A stretch of DNA of 64,000 nt from Mobula birostris (lineage: Eukaryota): the NCBI RefSeq assembly GCF_030028105.1, contig NC_092397.1:32703097-32767096 (forward strand). Direction: 5' to 3'. This document shows positions 37,106 to 51,554 of this stretch, piece by piece. Each line of letters opens with the position of its first letter. Within the stretch, counting starts at the first letter, position 1. A program made the position numbers and the translations under genes. The notes under the pieces are model-generated. The model worked only from the letters and a program-made list of their open reading frames with translations, was not told where the DNA came from and searched no databases.

Positions 37106-39250
37106 TCATGTCACTTTTTATTGTCATTTCAACAATAAGCTGCTGGTGCAGTACGCAGTAAAAACAAAACAACATTCCTCCAGGACCATGGTGCTACATG
37201 AAACAACACAAAACTACACTAGACTAAGTGAGATAAGAAAAGGCGACGCAGAAACTACACTGGACTACGGACCTACACAAAGTGCACAAAACAGTGCAGG
37301 GCAGTACAATAAATAATAAACAAAGCAATAGCCACAGTACAGGACAAATTACAATATAATAATGATGTAGCTGTCAGTCTAGACTCTGGGTATTAAGGAG
37401 TCGGATGGCTTGGGGGAAGAAACTGTTACCCAGTCTGGTCGTGACAGCCCGAATGCATCGGTACCTTTTGCCAGATGGCAGGAGGGAGAAGGGTTTGTAT
37501 GAGGGGTGTGTGGGGTCCTTCACAATGCTGTTGGCTTTACGGGTGCAGCGTGTGGTGTAAATGTCTGTAATGGTGGGAAGAGAGACCCCGATGATGATCT
37601 CAGCTGTCCTCACTATCCGCTGCAGGGTCTTGCGATCCAAGACGGTGCAATTTCCGAACCAGGCAGTGATGATGCAGTATCCCCAATGAATTGGCCACAG
37701 CCGTCTGTGGGGATGAATTCAGAGTCAGAACCAGAATTAAGTTCATTACCACCGGCAGGTGTCATGAAATTTGTTAATTTAGCAGCAGCAGTTTAATGCA
37801 GTACATGATAATATAGAAAGAATAAATAAATCAGTATGTGTGTATAGGGATACATATATTATGTAGATTAAAAACAGTGCAAAAACAAATAATATAGTTT
37901 AAATAATATACAGTATATAGAATACATCTATAGAAGTTTTTGAGTGTTTTAAAGTGACAGACCAAATATCTTCAAACTCCTGATAAAATATATCCACTGT
38001 CTTGCCTTTTTTATACTGTAGCTGCATCAATATGTTGGGACCAGGTTAGATCCTCAGAGATGTTGACACCCAGGAATTTGAAATTGTTCACTCTCTCCAC
38101 TTCTGATCATTCTCTGAGAATTGGTTCATGTTCCCTCATCGTACCCTTCCTTCAATCAGCTCTTTTGTTTTACTGACATTAAACACAAGGTTGTTGCTGT
38201 GACACCACTCAACTAGCTGGTAAATCTTACTCCTGTATGCCCTGTCCTCTCCATCTGAAATTCTACCAACAGCAGATTTGTAGTTGGCTTTTGAGCTATA
38301 GTCACACGGTCATGGTTATAGAGGGAGTAGAGCAGTCGGCTAAGCACACATCCCTGAGGTGCACCAGGGCCAGTGTTGATCATCAGCGAAGAGAAGATAT
38401 TAATTTGAACTTGAATTGACTTTATTTCTTACATCCTTCACGTACATGAGCAGTAAAAATCTTTACGTTATGTCTCTGTCTAAATGTGCAATCATAGTGA
38501 TTTATAATCATTGATAATAAATAGAACAGTCAATGTAACATAGAAATGCCCTCAAATCAGTGTGAGTTAATCAGTCTGATAGGCTGGTGGAAGAAGCTGT
38601 CCCAGAGCCTGTTGGTTCTGGCTTTTATGCTGCGATACCATTTCCTGGATGGTTGCAGCTGGAATAGATTGTGGTTGGGGTGACTCAGGTCCCCAGTGAT
38701 CCTTCAGGCTCTTTTCTCACACCTGTCTTTGTAAATGTCTTGAATCATGGGAAGTTCACAACTACAGATGTGCTGGCCTGTCCACACCACTCTCTGCAGA
38801 GTCCTGCGATTAAGGGAGGTACAGTTCCCATATCAGGCAGTGATGCAGCCAGTCAGGATGCTCTCAATGGTGCCCCTGTAGAAAGTCCTTAGGATTTGGG
38901 GGCCCATAGCAAACTTCCTCAACTGTCTGAGGTGAAAGTGACGCTGTTGTGCCTTTTCACCACACAGCCTGTATGTATAGACCATGTGAGCTCAGTAATA
39001 TTGATGCCGAGGAACTTAAAGCTGTTTACCCTCTTAACCCCGGATCCATTGATGTCAATAGGGGTTAGCCCGACTCCATTAATCCACACATTCTGATTAT
39101 CACCAGTCTGCACAGATTGTGGTCTCCCGGTTAGGAAGTCAAGGATCCAACTGCAGAGGGACCAGGTTCTGTAGCTTAGTAATCAGGACTGTGGGAATGA
39201 TGGTGTTAAACACTGAGCTCTAGTCAATGAACAACATCCTGACATAGGCT
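37106..39250 (-). mobile_element. Nested Rex1/Babar LINE fragments
   Basis: TLQRIVRTAE...NSFFPQAIRLLN; VNSFKFLGINI; several gaattga-type tails. Confidence 0.75.
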
Positions 39251-41690
39251 TCACAGATTCACTACCTTTACTGAGGAAATTACTCCTCATCTTTGTTCTA
39301 ACAGGGTGTCCTAGTATTCTGACGCTGTGTCCTGTGGTCCTAGACTGCCCACTTCATCCCAGGCCTTTCGATATTTGATCGGTTTCAACAAGATTCCCTC
39401 ATTCTTCTAAAGTCCATTGAGTACAGGCCCAGAGCCATCAAACAATCCTTGTGCATTAACCCTTTTATTGCCAGGATCATTCTTGTGAACCTCCTCTGGA
39501 CCCTCTCCTATGCGAGCACGTACTTTTTTAGATAAGGGGCACAAAACAGTTGACAATACTCCAAGTGTGAGCAGACCAATGCCTTATCAATCTTCAGCAT
39601 TACATCCTTGCTTTTGTATTGTACTCCTCTCTAAATGAATGCTAACATTGCATTTGGCTCTTCCTTGCCACCGGCTCAACCAGCAAGTTTATCTTTTGGT
39701 AATTCTGCACATCTGAGACGTGCCTGACCCTGGTACCCAGGAGGGGACACACCATCGTGTCATCTCTGTTGCGGCCACAGAATCTCCTGCACATCCCCTG
39801 TACTGTGAGTCTGCTGTCATCACTGCTGTGATTGACCTTTCCTCCCGCGGAGCATCGGACCGGGGTGTCAGTACCACCGACCTGACGGGCTGCTGTGCTC
39901 TGGTTCATCATCCTCCCAGGGGTATCCAAATGAGTGTACTTGTTACCGAGGGTCACAGCCACAGGGAGACATTGCACTGTCTGTCTCTTCCCCTTTCCAG
40001 TCGTGGTCGCGACCAAACTATTTGCAGCCTGACCTCAGGTTTGACCAACCCACTGAATCTCTGGTCTCAGCATCCTGGAAACTCTGGGTCTGTCCATCTC
40101 CAGCTCCATTTCCTTCACACGGTCAGTCAGGAGCGTTACCTCTTTCAGAACCCTGGGGTACAGTTCATCTGGTCCGGGTGACTTATCAACCCTCAGGTCT
40201 TTCAGCTTTTTGAGCACCTTTTTCCTTGTAATAATAACTGCTCTTCTCTTCCCTCACACCCTTCAGCACCTGGCACACTGCTAGTATCTTCCACTGATAC
40301 AAAATACTCATTTAGTTCATCTGCCATTTCCTTGTATCCCCCCCAACCCCCGCCGTTATTATTCCTCTGGCCTCATTTTCTAGCAGTCCTTTACCCAGTC
40401 TCACCTCTCTTTTATTTTTACGTACTTGAAAAAGCTAAAACTATCCATTTTGATCATGTTTGCCAGCTTGCTTGCATGTTTCATCTCTTCCCTCTTTAGG
40501 TTGCTCTCTGTCAGCTGTTAAAGCTTCCCGATCCTCTGTATTCTGAATAATTTTTGCTTGTTGTATGTCCTCCCTTTTGGTTTTACATTAGCATTGACTT
40601 CCTTGTCAGCCACGGTTGTACTATTTTGCCATTTGAGTATTTGTTTGTTTCTGGAATACATTTATCCTACACCTTCCTCATTTTCCCCAGAAACTCACAC
40701 CATTGCTGCTCTGCTGCCATCCCTGCCAGCATTTCCTTCCAATTTACTTTAGCCAACTCCTCTCTCAAACCACTGTAACTACCTTAACTCCACTGAAACA
40801 CTGCTGTGTCAGACTGTACATTCTCCCTGTCCAATTTCAAGTTGAACTCAGTGATACTGAGACCACTGCCTCCTAAGGGTTCTTTTACCTTAAGCTCCCA
40901 AATCACCTCCAGTTTATTCAATAACATATAATCCAGTATAGGTGATCCGCTAGTACCTCAATGACAAACTGCTCCAAAAAGCCATCTGTTCAGCATTCAG
41001 CAAACTCACTCTCTTGAGATCTATTTCCAACCTGATTTTCCCAATCAACCTGCATGTTAAAATCTCCCCTGACTCCCATGAAATCTCAAATAACATTCCC
41101 CTTTTGACCTGCCTTTTCTATTTCCTGTTGTAATCTGTGGCCCACATCCCAGCAACTGTTGTAGGCCTGTGTACAACTGCCATCAACGTCCTTTTTACAC
41201 TTGCAGGTTTTTACCTCAACTCACAAGGATTCAACATCTTCCGATCCTTTGTCACATCTTTCTACTGATTTGTTACCATTCTTTATCAGCAGAGCCATTC
41301 CATCCCCATTGCCTACCTTCCTGTCCCTCTGATACGTGTAACCTTGGGCACTTAGCTCCCAACTACAAACATTCTTCAGCCGTGATTCAGTGATGGTCAC
41401 AACAATCCATAATAGGGCAATAAGATTATCCACCTTATTTCTTATACTCTGCGTATTGAGATATAACAGTTTGAGTACTGTATTTGCTACCCTTATTGAT
41501 TCTGCATCCCTCATGCACTGATACTCACCCTGCTGGCTGCAGTTATGTCCTATCATCTGCCTGCCCTTCCTGACAGTGTGACTGCATGCGATCTTTGCTT
41601 TCTTTACCATCTGTCCTACCCTGAGTCTTTTCATGCCTGTTCCCACGCCCCTGCCAAATTAGTTTCAACCCTCCCCAACTGCTCTAACAA
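39250..41690 (-). mobile_element. CR1 LINE fragments (RT, ORF1 esterase, APE)
   Basis: DKSPGPDELYPRVLKE; LLYLNTQSIRNKVD. Confidence 0.8.
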
Positions 41691-42739
41691 ACCAGCAGTA
41701 TGCCCACAAGAAAACTAATCTCAGGGTTGTATATGGTGACAGAAATGTATTTTGATAGTACATTTATTTTCAGCTTTGAACTTTGTAGTAGAGAGCCGGG
41801 TGTTGTACTGGTCTGTGTCCTCACTGGCCGGTGCTGTGCTCTGGCAGCTCAGTGTGCTTGATATATAGTGTCAGTGTTTCAACAGAAGTGTGTCCTTATT
41901 ACACAATTGATCTTGTCCATCCTGGAGCTTGGAAGATTCACTGGCGACCAGAATGATCCTTTCAGACTATTATTGGGCAGAGAATCATTCTGTGATTGTC
42001 GAGACTATTTGACCCATCAAGTTAATACCAACTCCTGCTACAACATTTCCACAATCCCATTCCCCACTCTGTCCCCACAGCTGTGCAGGTCATTTCCCCT
42101 GAAGGACCTGTCTAATTCCTCTTTGAACACTGGTTGTTCCTGCCACCACTCTGCTGAGTCCCATATTTCCCAAGGTGAAGTCAAGAATGTCGCCCTCCCT
42201 GGTGGACGACATATTGTTTCAGGAAACCTTCCTGAACACAAATAATGCCCCATCCAAGCCTCAGGGTGTAACGGAGTCCCAGTTACTCTGAGGAGATATT
42301 CACTCACCAAATCTACTCTGCAGTTTTTGCATCATCCCATAGCCTGCTAACATATCTGTTTCTGTCTCTTACTGGCTATTGGGAGGCCGACAGTATAATC
42401 CCATCATGGTGATTGCACCTTTCTTATTCCTGATTTCTACCCACATTGTCTTACTGGATGAGCCTCTGGGATGACCTTGACCTTGTGACATTCTGCCTGA
42501 TCAGCAGTACAGAGCCCGAACCTCATTCACCTCCCTCTGGACTGTCTGAATCATCTGAATCCTGGAATGTTTATCTGTCAGTGCTGCCCTTCTCTCAGCC
42601 AGATCTCTGTAATGGCTGAGTCACCATGCCATGTACTAATCCAGGCTCTAAGTACGTCTGCCGTAACCGTTCTACACTGCACTGATATAAACACACTTCA
42701 GGCCCTCAGTGCCACTGTGCTCAGTAACTCGGCCTAACT

Positions 42740-43190
42740 TCACAGTGGTGTACTGGGCCAATGGCACCAACACGGGTGATGCCATCTGACTCAATAAACT
42801 GATTGGAAAGGCTGGTTCTGTTATAGGAGTGAAACTGGACACACTGGGGGCCGTGGTAAAACAAAGGACCCTACGGAAAATCCTGGCAATCCTGGACAAT
42901 GTTTCTCACCCTCTGCATGCCACCTTGGCTGAACAGAGGAGCACCTTCTGTAACAGAATAAGACAACTCTGCTGCTCCAAGGAGCGCTGTATGAAGTCAT
43001 TCTTACACTGGGCCGTCAGGATCAATAATGAGTCAACCTATAGCCGGGGAAGTGATGACCCCCCCCCCCACCCCACCCCACCCCCATGTTAGACTGTTGG
43101 AGGTAACTGACTTTTTATTCTTTCTCTTGCTTCTCTTCTGATATTTGTATATCTGTGCACTTGTAATGCTACTGAGACACTGTAATTTAT
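42740..43190 (+). mobile_element. Rex-group LINE 3' end
   Basis: ILDNVSHPLHATL...KSFLHWAVRINN. Confidence 0.75.
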
Positions 43191-43249
43191 CCATTTGGAC
43201 TTACTTCCTGTGTTAATCCACATCCGTCAATGCCAGTTGCTGACATCTT

Positions 43250-44460
43250 ACTCTTCCCATCACCTGTCCTGAAGGAGAGCCCAATGATCCATGTAACTAA
43301 AACCCTCCATCCTGCACCAGCTCGTGAACCACACATATAACTGTATCACACTTTTATTTCTTCCCTCGCTAGCAGGTGGCACTGGGATTTCCACCCCCCC
43401 CCCCCCCCGACCACAGAGTTTCCACTTAACTTTTTCCCCAACTCCCTGAGTTCTCCTTGCAGGACTTTTCTCTTTTGTTGGTGTCAATATGGACCACGAC
43501 CTCTGGCTGCTCACCCTGCCCTTTCAGAATGGCCTGTACTTGTTCAATTCCATCCTTGGCCCTGGTACCAGGGAGGCAATGCACCATCGTGCAGTCTCTC
43601 TCCTTGCCACAGATACACTTGTCTGTGACCCCGGCTAAAGACTCCCCTGTCACTGAGGCTCACCGAGAACACAGAACAGTACAGCACAGGAACAGACCCT
43701 TCTTCCCATGATGTCTGTGCTGAACACGATGCCAAATGAAACTAAGTCTCTTCTGCCTGCTTATAATTCATGTGCTTCAATTCTCTGAATATTCATTTGG
43801 TTATCTAAAACCCTGTTAAATGTCATTATCATATCTGCTTCCACCACTCCCCATGGCAGCCCATACCCGGCCCTCACCACTCTCTGTACAGAAACAGAAA
43901 TCTTACCTGTCCTAATGTCCACCTTTAAATTCTCACCCTGGCATTTTAAAGCTGCGCCTTCTCATATTTGATATTTCTACCCTGGCAAAATGATCTTGCC
44001 TGTTTACCTTGTTTACACCTCTCATAGTTCTATAATCTTCTGTCAGGTCTCCCCCTCAGTCTCCTTCACTCCAGGGAAAACAGTCCCAGTCAGTCTGATA
44101 TTTCCTTGTAACTCAAGCCCCCAGAGCAGGTAACATTCCTGTGAATTGTTTCTGCACCTTTCCAGCTTAATCACATCCTTCCTCTCATGTAACCAGAACT
44201 GCACAGGGTACTCCTGGTGTGGTGTCATTATTGATTTGTACAACTGTAATGTGATGTCCCAACTCCTCTCAGAGCCTTTGCCAATGAAGACAAGCATGTT
44301 GTGCTCCTTCTTCACCACCTTGTCTGCCTGTGTTGGCACTTTCAGGGAGTAAGGTACCTGTGCCCCAGGTTTCTCTTTCATCAACACTCCTCAGGACCCT
44401 CCATTCACTGGGTATGTCCTGACCTGCTTTAACTTCCCAAAATCCATCATTGTGCACTTG
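43250..44460 (-). mobile_element. CR1 fragments (ORF1 SGNH-esterase-like and RT 3' end)
   Basis: VHCLPGTRAKD...ILKGQGEQPEVVVHIDTN; LQLYKSIMTPHQEYPVQFW. Confidence 0.75.
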
Positions 44461-46279
44461 TCTGTCACAGTAACAACACTTCTCTGTTTCTCTGCACCAA
44501 CACCCCAGCAGTAAATGTCAATGGACCATTCAGCTCTAAACCTTGGTCATATATGGCTTTATGAACCACTCACTGCTCCTGTCTCTATTTTGTTGTGTAG
44601 TTCAGCACCTCGACCCCTCTCTATTTCTCTCATTTATAATTTATCTCCACATAAATAATAGTTTGACTTTTGATTCCTCCTACCACTCGACATGCCTTCA
44701 CACTTCACCACATTAAACTCCGTTTACCATGTATTCTGCTCACCAGCTTCCCATGTCCCATTGAAGAGATGAAATGTCCAATCACAACATGTCCCCCACC
44801 ACATTCACTGTCATTGCCACCGTGGATTCCTCACTCTCTGCCGCTCCTCCGGGTCATTAATATCAATAATAAATCATTGACAATCCAGAACTGGTCGCTG
44901 GGACACTCCACTAGTTATATCATCCCAGTCTGAAACAGACCTGTTATTCTGTCTCAGTATGATGACCAGTCTTCAGTCAGTATTAACACACTTCCTTCCC
45001 AGTACTGAGCTCTGGTCTTGTGCACCAGCCTTACTTGTGGCACCTTGGCAAATGGCTCCTGAAAATCCAAAAACACCACTTCTCCAACTTCCCCTGTAAA
45101 GTCTTAAATCTCTGGTGTGTTTGTCAAACATGACTTAACATTCAACAACCCAGGTTACAGGGTCCAAGACCAGGTTCCAGATGGACAGGGTGGTGAAGAG
45201 GCTTTTGGAACACTGGCCTTCACTCAGGGCCCCGAATATAGAAGCTGGGATGAGATGTTGCAGTTGTCCAACACGTTGGTTTGGCCACATTTTGCAAATA
45301 GTGTTTAGTTTCTGTGACCCTGCTGTATGACAGACACCATTCAGCTGGAAAGAGCACAGAGGAGATTTATGGGGATGTTACTGGATCTCAAAGGATTTGT
45401 GGAAAGGTGTTTTGGATAATTTTCCCTGTAATGTTGGAGAATGAGTGCTGATATTGCAGAGGTGTATAAAATCATGAGGGACCTGGAGGCTGGAAATGGA
45501 ATGAGCTGCTAGGGGGAATGGTTGAGTCAGGGACATTAAAAAGGCACTTGGACAGATAGATGGAAAGAAAAGGTTTTGAAGTATCTGGGCCAAATGCAGA
45601 GAAATGGGACAAGGAGGAGGATAACCTTCTTCATAATGTGGTGGTGAGGGGGTTACAGACCACAAGCTCAGATGGGAACTTTGGTCATCGTGGAATCTGT
45701 GTGAACCTGACTGTAGACATTGAACTTTTCCAAATGATTTGTTATTTCTTGATAGATTATCAACTCCAGTACCTGAAGTGAAGTTAACAGGACTACAGTT
45801 ACCTGCTTTTTATCTTCCACCCTTCTTCAGCAATGGTTTTCAACTCCACTGGGACCTTTCTGTAACAGTGAGTTTTGACAAACTTCAATGTCTCTACTTT
45901 CTCTACAGACTTCCTGTGAAACCCTCCAGTGCAGGTCGTTGGGACCTGGTAAAGTTTGCTTTTAGTCCCATTAGTTTCTCCCTTGTGATGCCAATTGTTA
46001 TACATTATGGCACAATGTTGAAATGTCACCGTTAGATATCTGTGGGATGTTTGCTGTGTCGCACTGTGAACACTAATGCAAATTATTGAGTGAACTTCTC
46101 TGCGTGTTCCTTTTTACTTTTAGCTTTTCACTGGTTCCTAGAAAATCTCTGATTCTCTTGTGCACCACCAGCGCCTCTTTGTATGTTCTTTGATTTAATA
46201 TTTCCTTGAATGCCTTTGACCACACCCCAGGATCTTGAGGCCGCTCCTACCAATGTTGTCTTTCCCTCCCCCTTTCACC

Positions 46280-47810
46280 ATCATTGTCCCTACATATAAA
46301 GTTCCTATGAAAATTTACAGCATTGAATCTCAGTGGATTGAATTTGGCTTTTTTTGAAACCAATCAATGGAAAAAGACTCTTTTGTGTCAAAGGGAAAAC
46401 AAATCTCTACAAAATGCTCTAAACTAATTACAAATCTAAAACACAAAATAATTGTCTGTTTAATTATTCACCCCCTTTAATATGACACTGACACACCGAA
46501 TCATCATTGGTGCAGCCAACTAGTTTTCGATGTTGCATGATCAGTTAAATGGGGATCACCGTGTGCAGTCAAGGTGTTTCAATTGATTGTAGTAATAGTA
46601 CACCTGTAAGTGGAAGGTCGAACTGCTGGTGAGTCAGTATCCTGGGAGAAACTACACCGTGAAGACAAATCAACACTCTGAGCTGCTCTGCAAACAGGTA
46701 ATTGACAAACACAAGCCAGGAGATGGATACAAGAACATTTCCAAGTCACTGAATGCCCTTGGAGTACAGTTAAGTCACTCATCCAGAAGTGGGAAGTATA
46801 TGGCACAGCTGTAAATCTACCAAGAGCAGACTATCCTCAAAAACTGAATGGCCATGCAAGAAGGGGCCAGTGGGGGAGGCCACCAAGAGACCTATGATAA
46901 CTCTAGAGGAGTTACAAGCTTCAGTGGTGGGAGAGATTGTGCATACATCAACTGTTACCCGGGTGTTTCACCAGTCGCAGCTTTACGGGAGAGTGGCAGA
47001 GAAAAAGCCAGTGTTGAAAAATGCTCTGATGAAATCTTCCCTGGAGTTTCCCAGAATTGTTGGGGACTCTGAAGTTAGTTGGAAGAAGATTCTATGGTCT
47101 GACAAAAACAAAATTGAACTTTTTGACCATCACAAATACTAAGTTTGGAGTAAGCTAAACACCGTACAACATCAAAAACACACCATCCCTACCGTGAAGT
47201 ATGGTGGAGGCTGCATCATCCTGTGGGTATGCTTCACTGCAGCAGGCCCTGAAAGGCACGTAAAGGTAGAGGGTAAAATGAATGCAGCAAAATACAGGGA
47301 AATCCTGGAGGAAAACCAAATTCAGTCTTCAAGAGAACTGCGACTTAGGAGAGAATTAATTTTCCAGCATGACAATGACCACAAGCATAAAACCAAAGCT
47401 GCAAAGGAATGCCTTAAAACAACAAAGTTAATGTCCTGGAGTGGCTTTGTGAGAGTTCAGACCTCAATCCAATTGAGAATTTGTGGCTGGACTTGAAAAG
47501 GAGTGTTCGCTCACTAACCCATGCATTCTGACAGAGCTTCTGTAGTTTTGTAAAGAAGAATGTGGAAAAATTGCAGTGTTCAGATGTGCAAAGCTGATAG
47601 ACACCTATCGACACAGACTCAACTGTAAATACTGCCAAAGGTGCATCAACTAATTACGGATTTGAAGGAGGTAAATACTAAGGCAATGAATTATTTTGTT
47701 TCATATTTACAATTAATTTAGATCTGTTTTCACTTTGACACCATAGTCTTTTCTGTTGATCAGTGTCAAAAAAGCCAAATTAAATCCATTGCAAAACAAT
47801 AAAACCTAAT
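46280..47810 (+). mobile_element. Tc1-family DNA transposon with decayed transposase (about 46659-47665) and long inverted repeats
   Basis: KPGDGYKNISK, ILWSDKNKIELF, VKYGGGCIILW, FQHDNDHKH, DLNPIENLW. 46330-46480 is inverted relative to 47660-47800. Confidence 0.9.
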
Positions 47811-48004
47811 AACTTACATTTTGCCAATTCCGTGTGGAACATTGAATATAGTGGAATGTCGAAGTCCCAGTCTCTGTAACCATGTCCCTGCAATTACTGT
47901 CAGATCAAACATATTCATCAGTACACAATATGGAACAGATGGCAACCTGCCCTTCGTCTCACAATATCTGCGCCAATCATAGTAATGATCAGACTTTATT
48001 AAGT

Positions 48005-49960
48005 ACTGTGGAGGTCTCACTGGAGTATTGTGAGCAGTTTTGGGCTCTTCATCTTAGGAAGGATGAGCTGAAACTCGATGGGTTTCAAAGGAGGTTCTCC
48101 AGATTGATTCCAGGATGAAACATCTTGTCATATGAAGAGTGTTTGATGGCTCTGGGCCTGTATTCACTGGAATTTTTGAACAATGAGGGGTGGCCCAATT
48201 GAAACCTATCGAATGGTGAAAGGCAGTGATAAAGTGGATGTGCAGAAGATGGGTGGGAGTGTCTAATATCAGGACACAGCCTCAGAATAGAAGAATATCC
48301 TTGTAGAATGTGGAGATGAGGAATTTCTTTAGCCAGAGAGTGGTTCATCTGTGGAATTCATTGCCACAGGGAGCTGTTAAGCTAGGACTTTATGTATATT
48401 TAAGGCAGAGGTTGATAGATTCTTGATTGGTCAGAGTATGAAGGGATACAGGGGAAAGGCAGGAGACTGGGGCCGAAAGGAAAAATGGATCAGCCACAAT
48501 GAAATGTCGGAGCAGACGACGGGCCAAATGGTTGAATTCTGCTCCTATATCTTAGCCTGTGTCACTTCCTGAGAAACCTCAATCAATTTTGTCAAGCATG
48601 ATCTGCCCACACAAAACCATGTTGATTGTCCCAAAGCAGGCCATGCCTTTCCAAATGTGCATAAATCCTGTACCTCAATATCCTCCCCAGTAGCTTCTCT
48701 ACCACTGAAATGGGGCTGCCTTGCCTATAGGTTCCTGGATTCTTGTTATTTCCCTTCTTGATCAAAGCTGCAATATTTCTGACACTCTAGTCCTGTGGGA
48801 CCTCACATGTTGTGATCGAGGACACATAGATCCTTGTCAAATCACCGGCAATCTGCTCACTTGTTTCTTTCACTGTTGTAGGATATTTGCCTTCAGGCCC
48901 TGGAGTCTTAGCCATCTTATTGCTTTTCAGACGTCCCAGCACAACCTGCTCCTTACTCTCAAAATGTCTCTGCACATTCGCATGTCTCATTCTGTTTTCA
49001 TTGCCATTCAATTCCTTCACTTCAGTAAATACTGACACAACATACTCATTTAGTACCTCAGCCACTTGATCTCACTTCAACCACATCATTCCTCCTTTAA
49101 TCTTGAGTCGACATTTCTATTCTCTGGTTATCCTCGTCTTATTAATACAAATCACAAAGCCTTGGGATCATCTTTGGTCCTACATTACAAGGACAGTTTG
49201 TGGCCCCTTTTGGCCTTTCCTATCACCTGCTTTAGCATTTCCCTGCTACCTTTATATTCCAAAGGTACCCAGTCTGACTTTAGCTTCACAAGCCTTCCAT
49301 AACCTTTTGACTAAATTTAGGATCTCTCCGCTTGTCTAAAAATCCCTTACTTACCATCCTTCTCCTCACTCCTCACCGGAACATGCTGATCCTGAACTCA
49401 GAGTTGCTGGTCTTTAAACAACTCCCACACATCAGATGTGGACTTGTCTGACAGTGGCTGCTCCCAATCAATGTTGCCTGGCTCCTGTCTTCCTCCGTCC
49501 TGACTTGTCCTCCTGCAAATTAGTACCTTCATAAAAGATCTACTTTTATTTTTACTTGTAACTAAGAAAAAAAGAAACTTGTGATCACTGTTCCCAAAAT
49601 GTTCACTGACTCTCAACTGTCACCTGGCCTGGCTCATTCCCATCTGTTCTCACCTCTGGTTGGGCCCTGTACATAATGTTTCAAACACCTCTCAGATTCA
49701 CTGAAGAAATCTGGCGCATTTAAGAATTAAGCAAGTTCCAGTTAATCTAGAGAAGATAATGTCCCCCCACTGGTTGTTGCGGGGCCAATACAAACACCCC
49801 AACAGTGTAACTGCAGATTGCCTCTGTAAATGAACCTTCCAGTTTGCTGTGACATTCCCAGTGAGGTAACCTCTGCATTTTTAACCCCCCACTCACATGT
49901 AAAACAATGAAACCCAGGAATGTTGAGCTGCCAGACCTGTCCGTCCGATAACATAGTACT
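48005..49960. mobile_element. CR1 fragments (+ strand 48005-48555; - strand 48560-49960)
   Basis: LEYCEQFWA...RRFSRLIPG; MAEVLNEYVVSVFTE, FGNSDH. Confidence 0.8.
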
Positions 49961-50068
49961 CCTAGTGTTGAAATAAACTCATTTCAGCCCATCAGTCCCA
50001 CCATGTTTATTAGCCTGACATTGGCTCTCGTTCTTTTCAGACTGTGTGTGAGGGAGTTTTGTTTTTCG

Positions 50069-50250
50069 CTGGAGCGCTTTGTGTCGGATGAATCGTTGGA
50101 AATTGGCGGGTGTGGTAAAGTGAAGGCGGAGCTGGACGATGAGAGGCCGCTCTCGGCTCTGTCCGTCACTCTGACTCTGTCTCCTCCCCTCCCCGCCTCT
50201 GTCTCTCTGCGCGTTTCTCGGGCAGGTCGGGGCGCTGTGTATAAAAGGAG
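50069..50250 (+). promoter_or_regulatory. Histone H4 promoter
   Basis: TTGGCGGG, GC box, CAGGTC (H4 subtype-element-like), TATAAAA 50240-50246. Confidence 0.75.
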
Positions 50251-50291
50251 ACAGCAGCAGGCAGTTTGTCACGGAGCAGCGACCTGAGTGA

Positions 50292-50612
<321 letters not shown>

Positions 50613-50645
50613 AAAACTCCCACTTCCTCCCGAGCACGAAACAAA

Positions 50646-50661
50646 GGCTCTTCTAAGAGCC
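50646..50661 (+). terminator. Histone 3' stem-loop (H4)
   Basis: GGCTCT TCTA AGAGCC followed by ACCCA. Confidence 0.95.
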
Positions 50662-51159
50662 ACCCACCGCCTCACAGACGGGGCCGTATCCACAACCTTT
50701 TAATTATTTTTATCGATACATTCAGCTGAGTTACATTTGAAACACATTAATCGGTTCGGTTTGCAATATTCCTGCGAATCTGCCTTTCCAGTCGGTGATT
50801 ACTTCAGAACCTCTGAACGCGTTAAGATCGATCTTCATTCTTTTATCCGTCTCGGACAGGAATCAGTTCACTCGTTTAGAGAAGCGACTCCGTAATTATG
50901 CATTTAAATCTTAACTCAGGGGATTAGATATTAAATTTATTAAATGAAACTGAAATTGTATAATGCGTGATAAAACTAACGGTAAATAATTTTTAAAGAA
51001 GTCTTCCATCACCGTTGCTGGGTGCTTTGAAATTGGCGGGCAATTTGAAATTGATCCTGCGCCAATCACACTGTATTCTGATCCGATGAAGTCCGACTGC
51101 CAGTAAATTCCTAGAACTCCTTCTGTACGTGGTGTTAGAGGGCGTTTTTTTCTCTCTCT

Positions 51160-51317
51160 CTGGAGCTCTGTGTTTCGGACAAACCGTTGGAAATTGCCGG
51201 GTGTATTAAAGTGAAGACGGAGCTGGACGATGAGAGGCCGCTCTCGGCTCTGTCCGTCACTCTGACTCTGTCTCCTCCCCTCCCCGCCTCTGTGTCTCTG
51301 CGCGTTTCTCGGGCAGG
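51160..51317 (+). promoter_or_regulatory. Orphan duplicate of the H4 upstream promoter (no TATA, no gene)
   Basis: 158-bp copy of 50069-50226, with a near-identical 3' 100 bp. Confidence 0.9.
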
Positions 51318-51399
51318 AGTGGTGGCAGAGGATTGGAGGATGGGTCATGTTATCCAGTAATTTAGGATCGAAGGAAAACCAAACACAAGACCATTGTGC

Positions 51400-51500
51400 A
51401 GATGCTGATGGAGGGTCTCGGCCTGAAACGTTGGCTGTTTCCAGTTTCTCATAGATGCTGCCTGGCCTGCTGAGTTCCTCCAGCACTGCGCGTGTATCGC
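51400..51500 (+). mobile_element. Short hammerhead element, degenerate
   Basis: ctgatggagggtctcggcctgaaacgttggctg...gatgctgcctggcctgctgagttcctccagca. Confidence 0.7.
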
Positions 51501-51554
51501 TGCGAGGAAAAGCCTGGGAGCTGAGTCAGGGCTGATAACGTCACTGCCCGGCTC

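Noticed and set aside
46659-47665. Active Tc1 transposase
   Set aside because: Start codon lost, frameshifts and stops.
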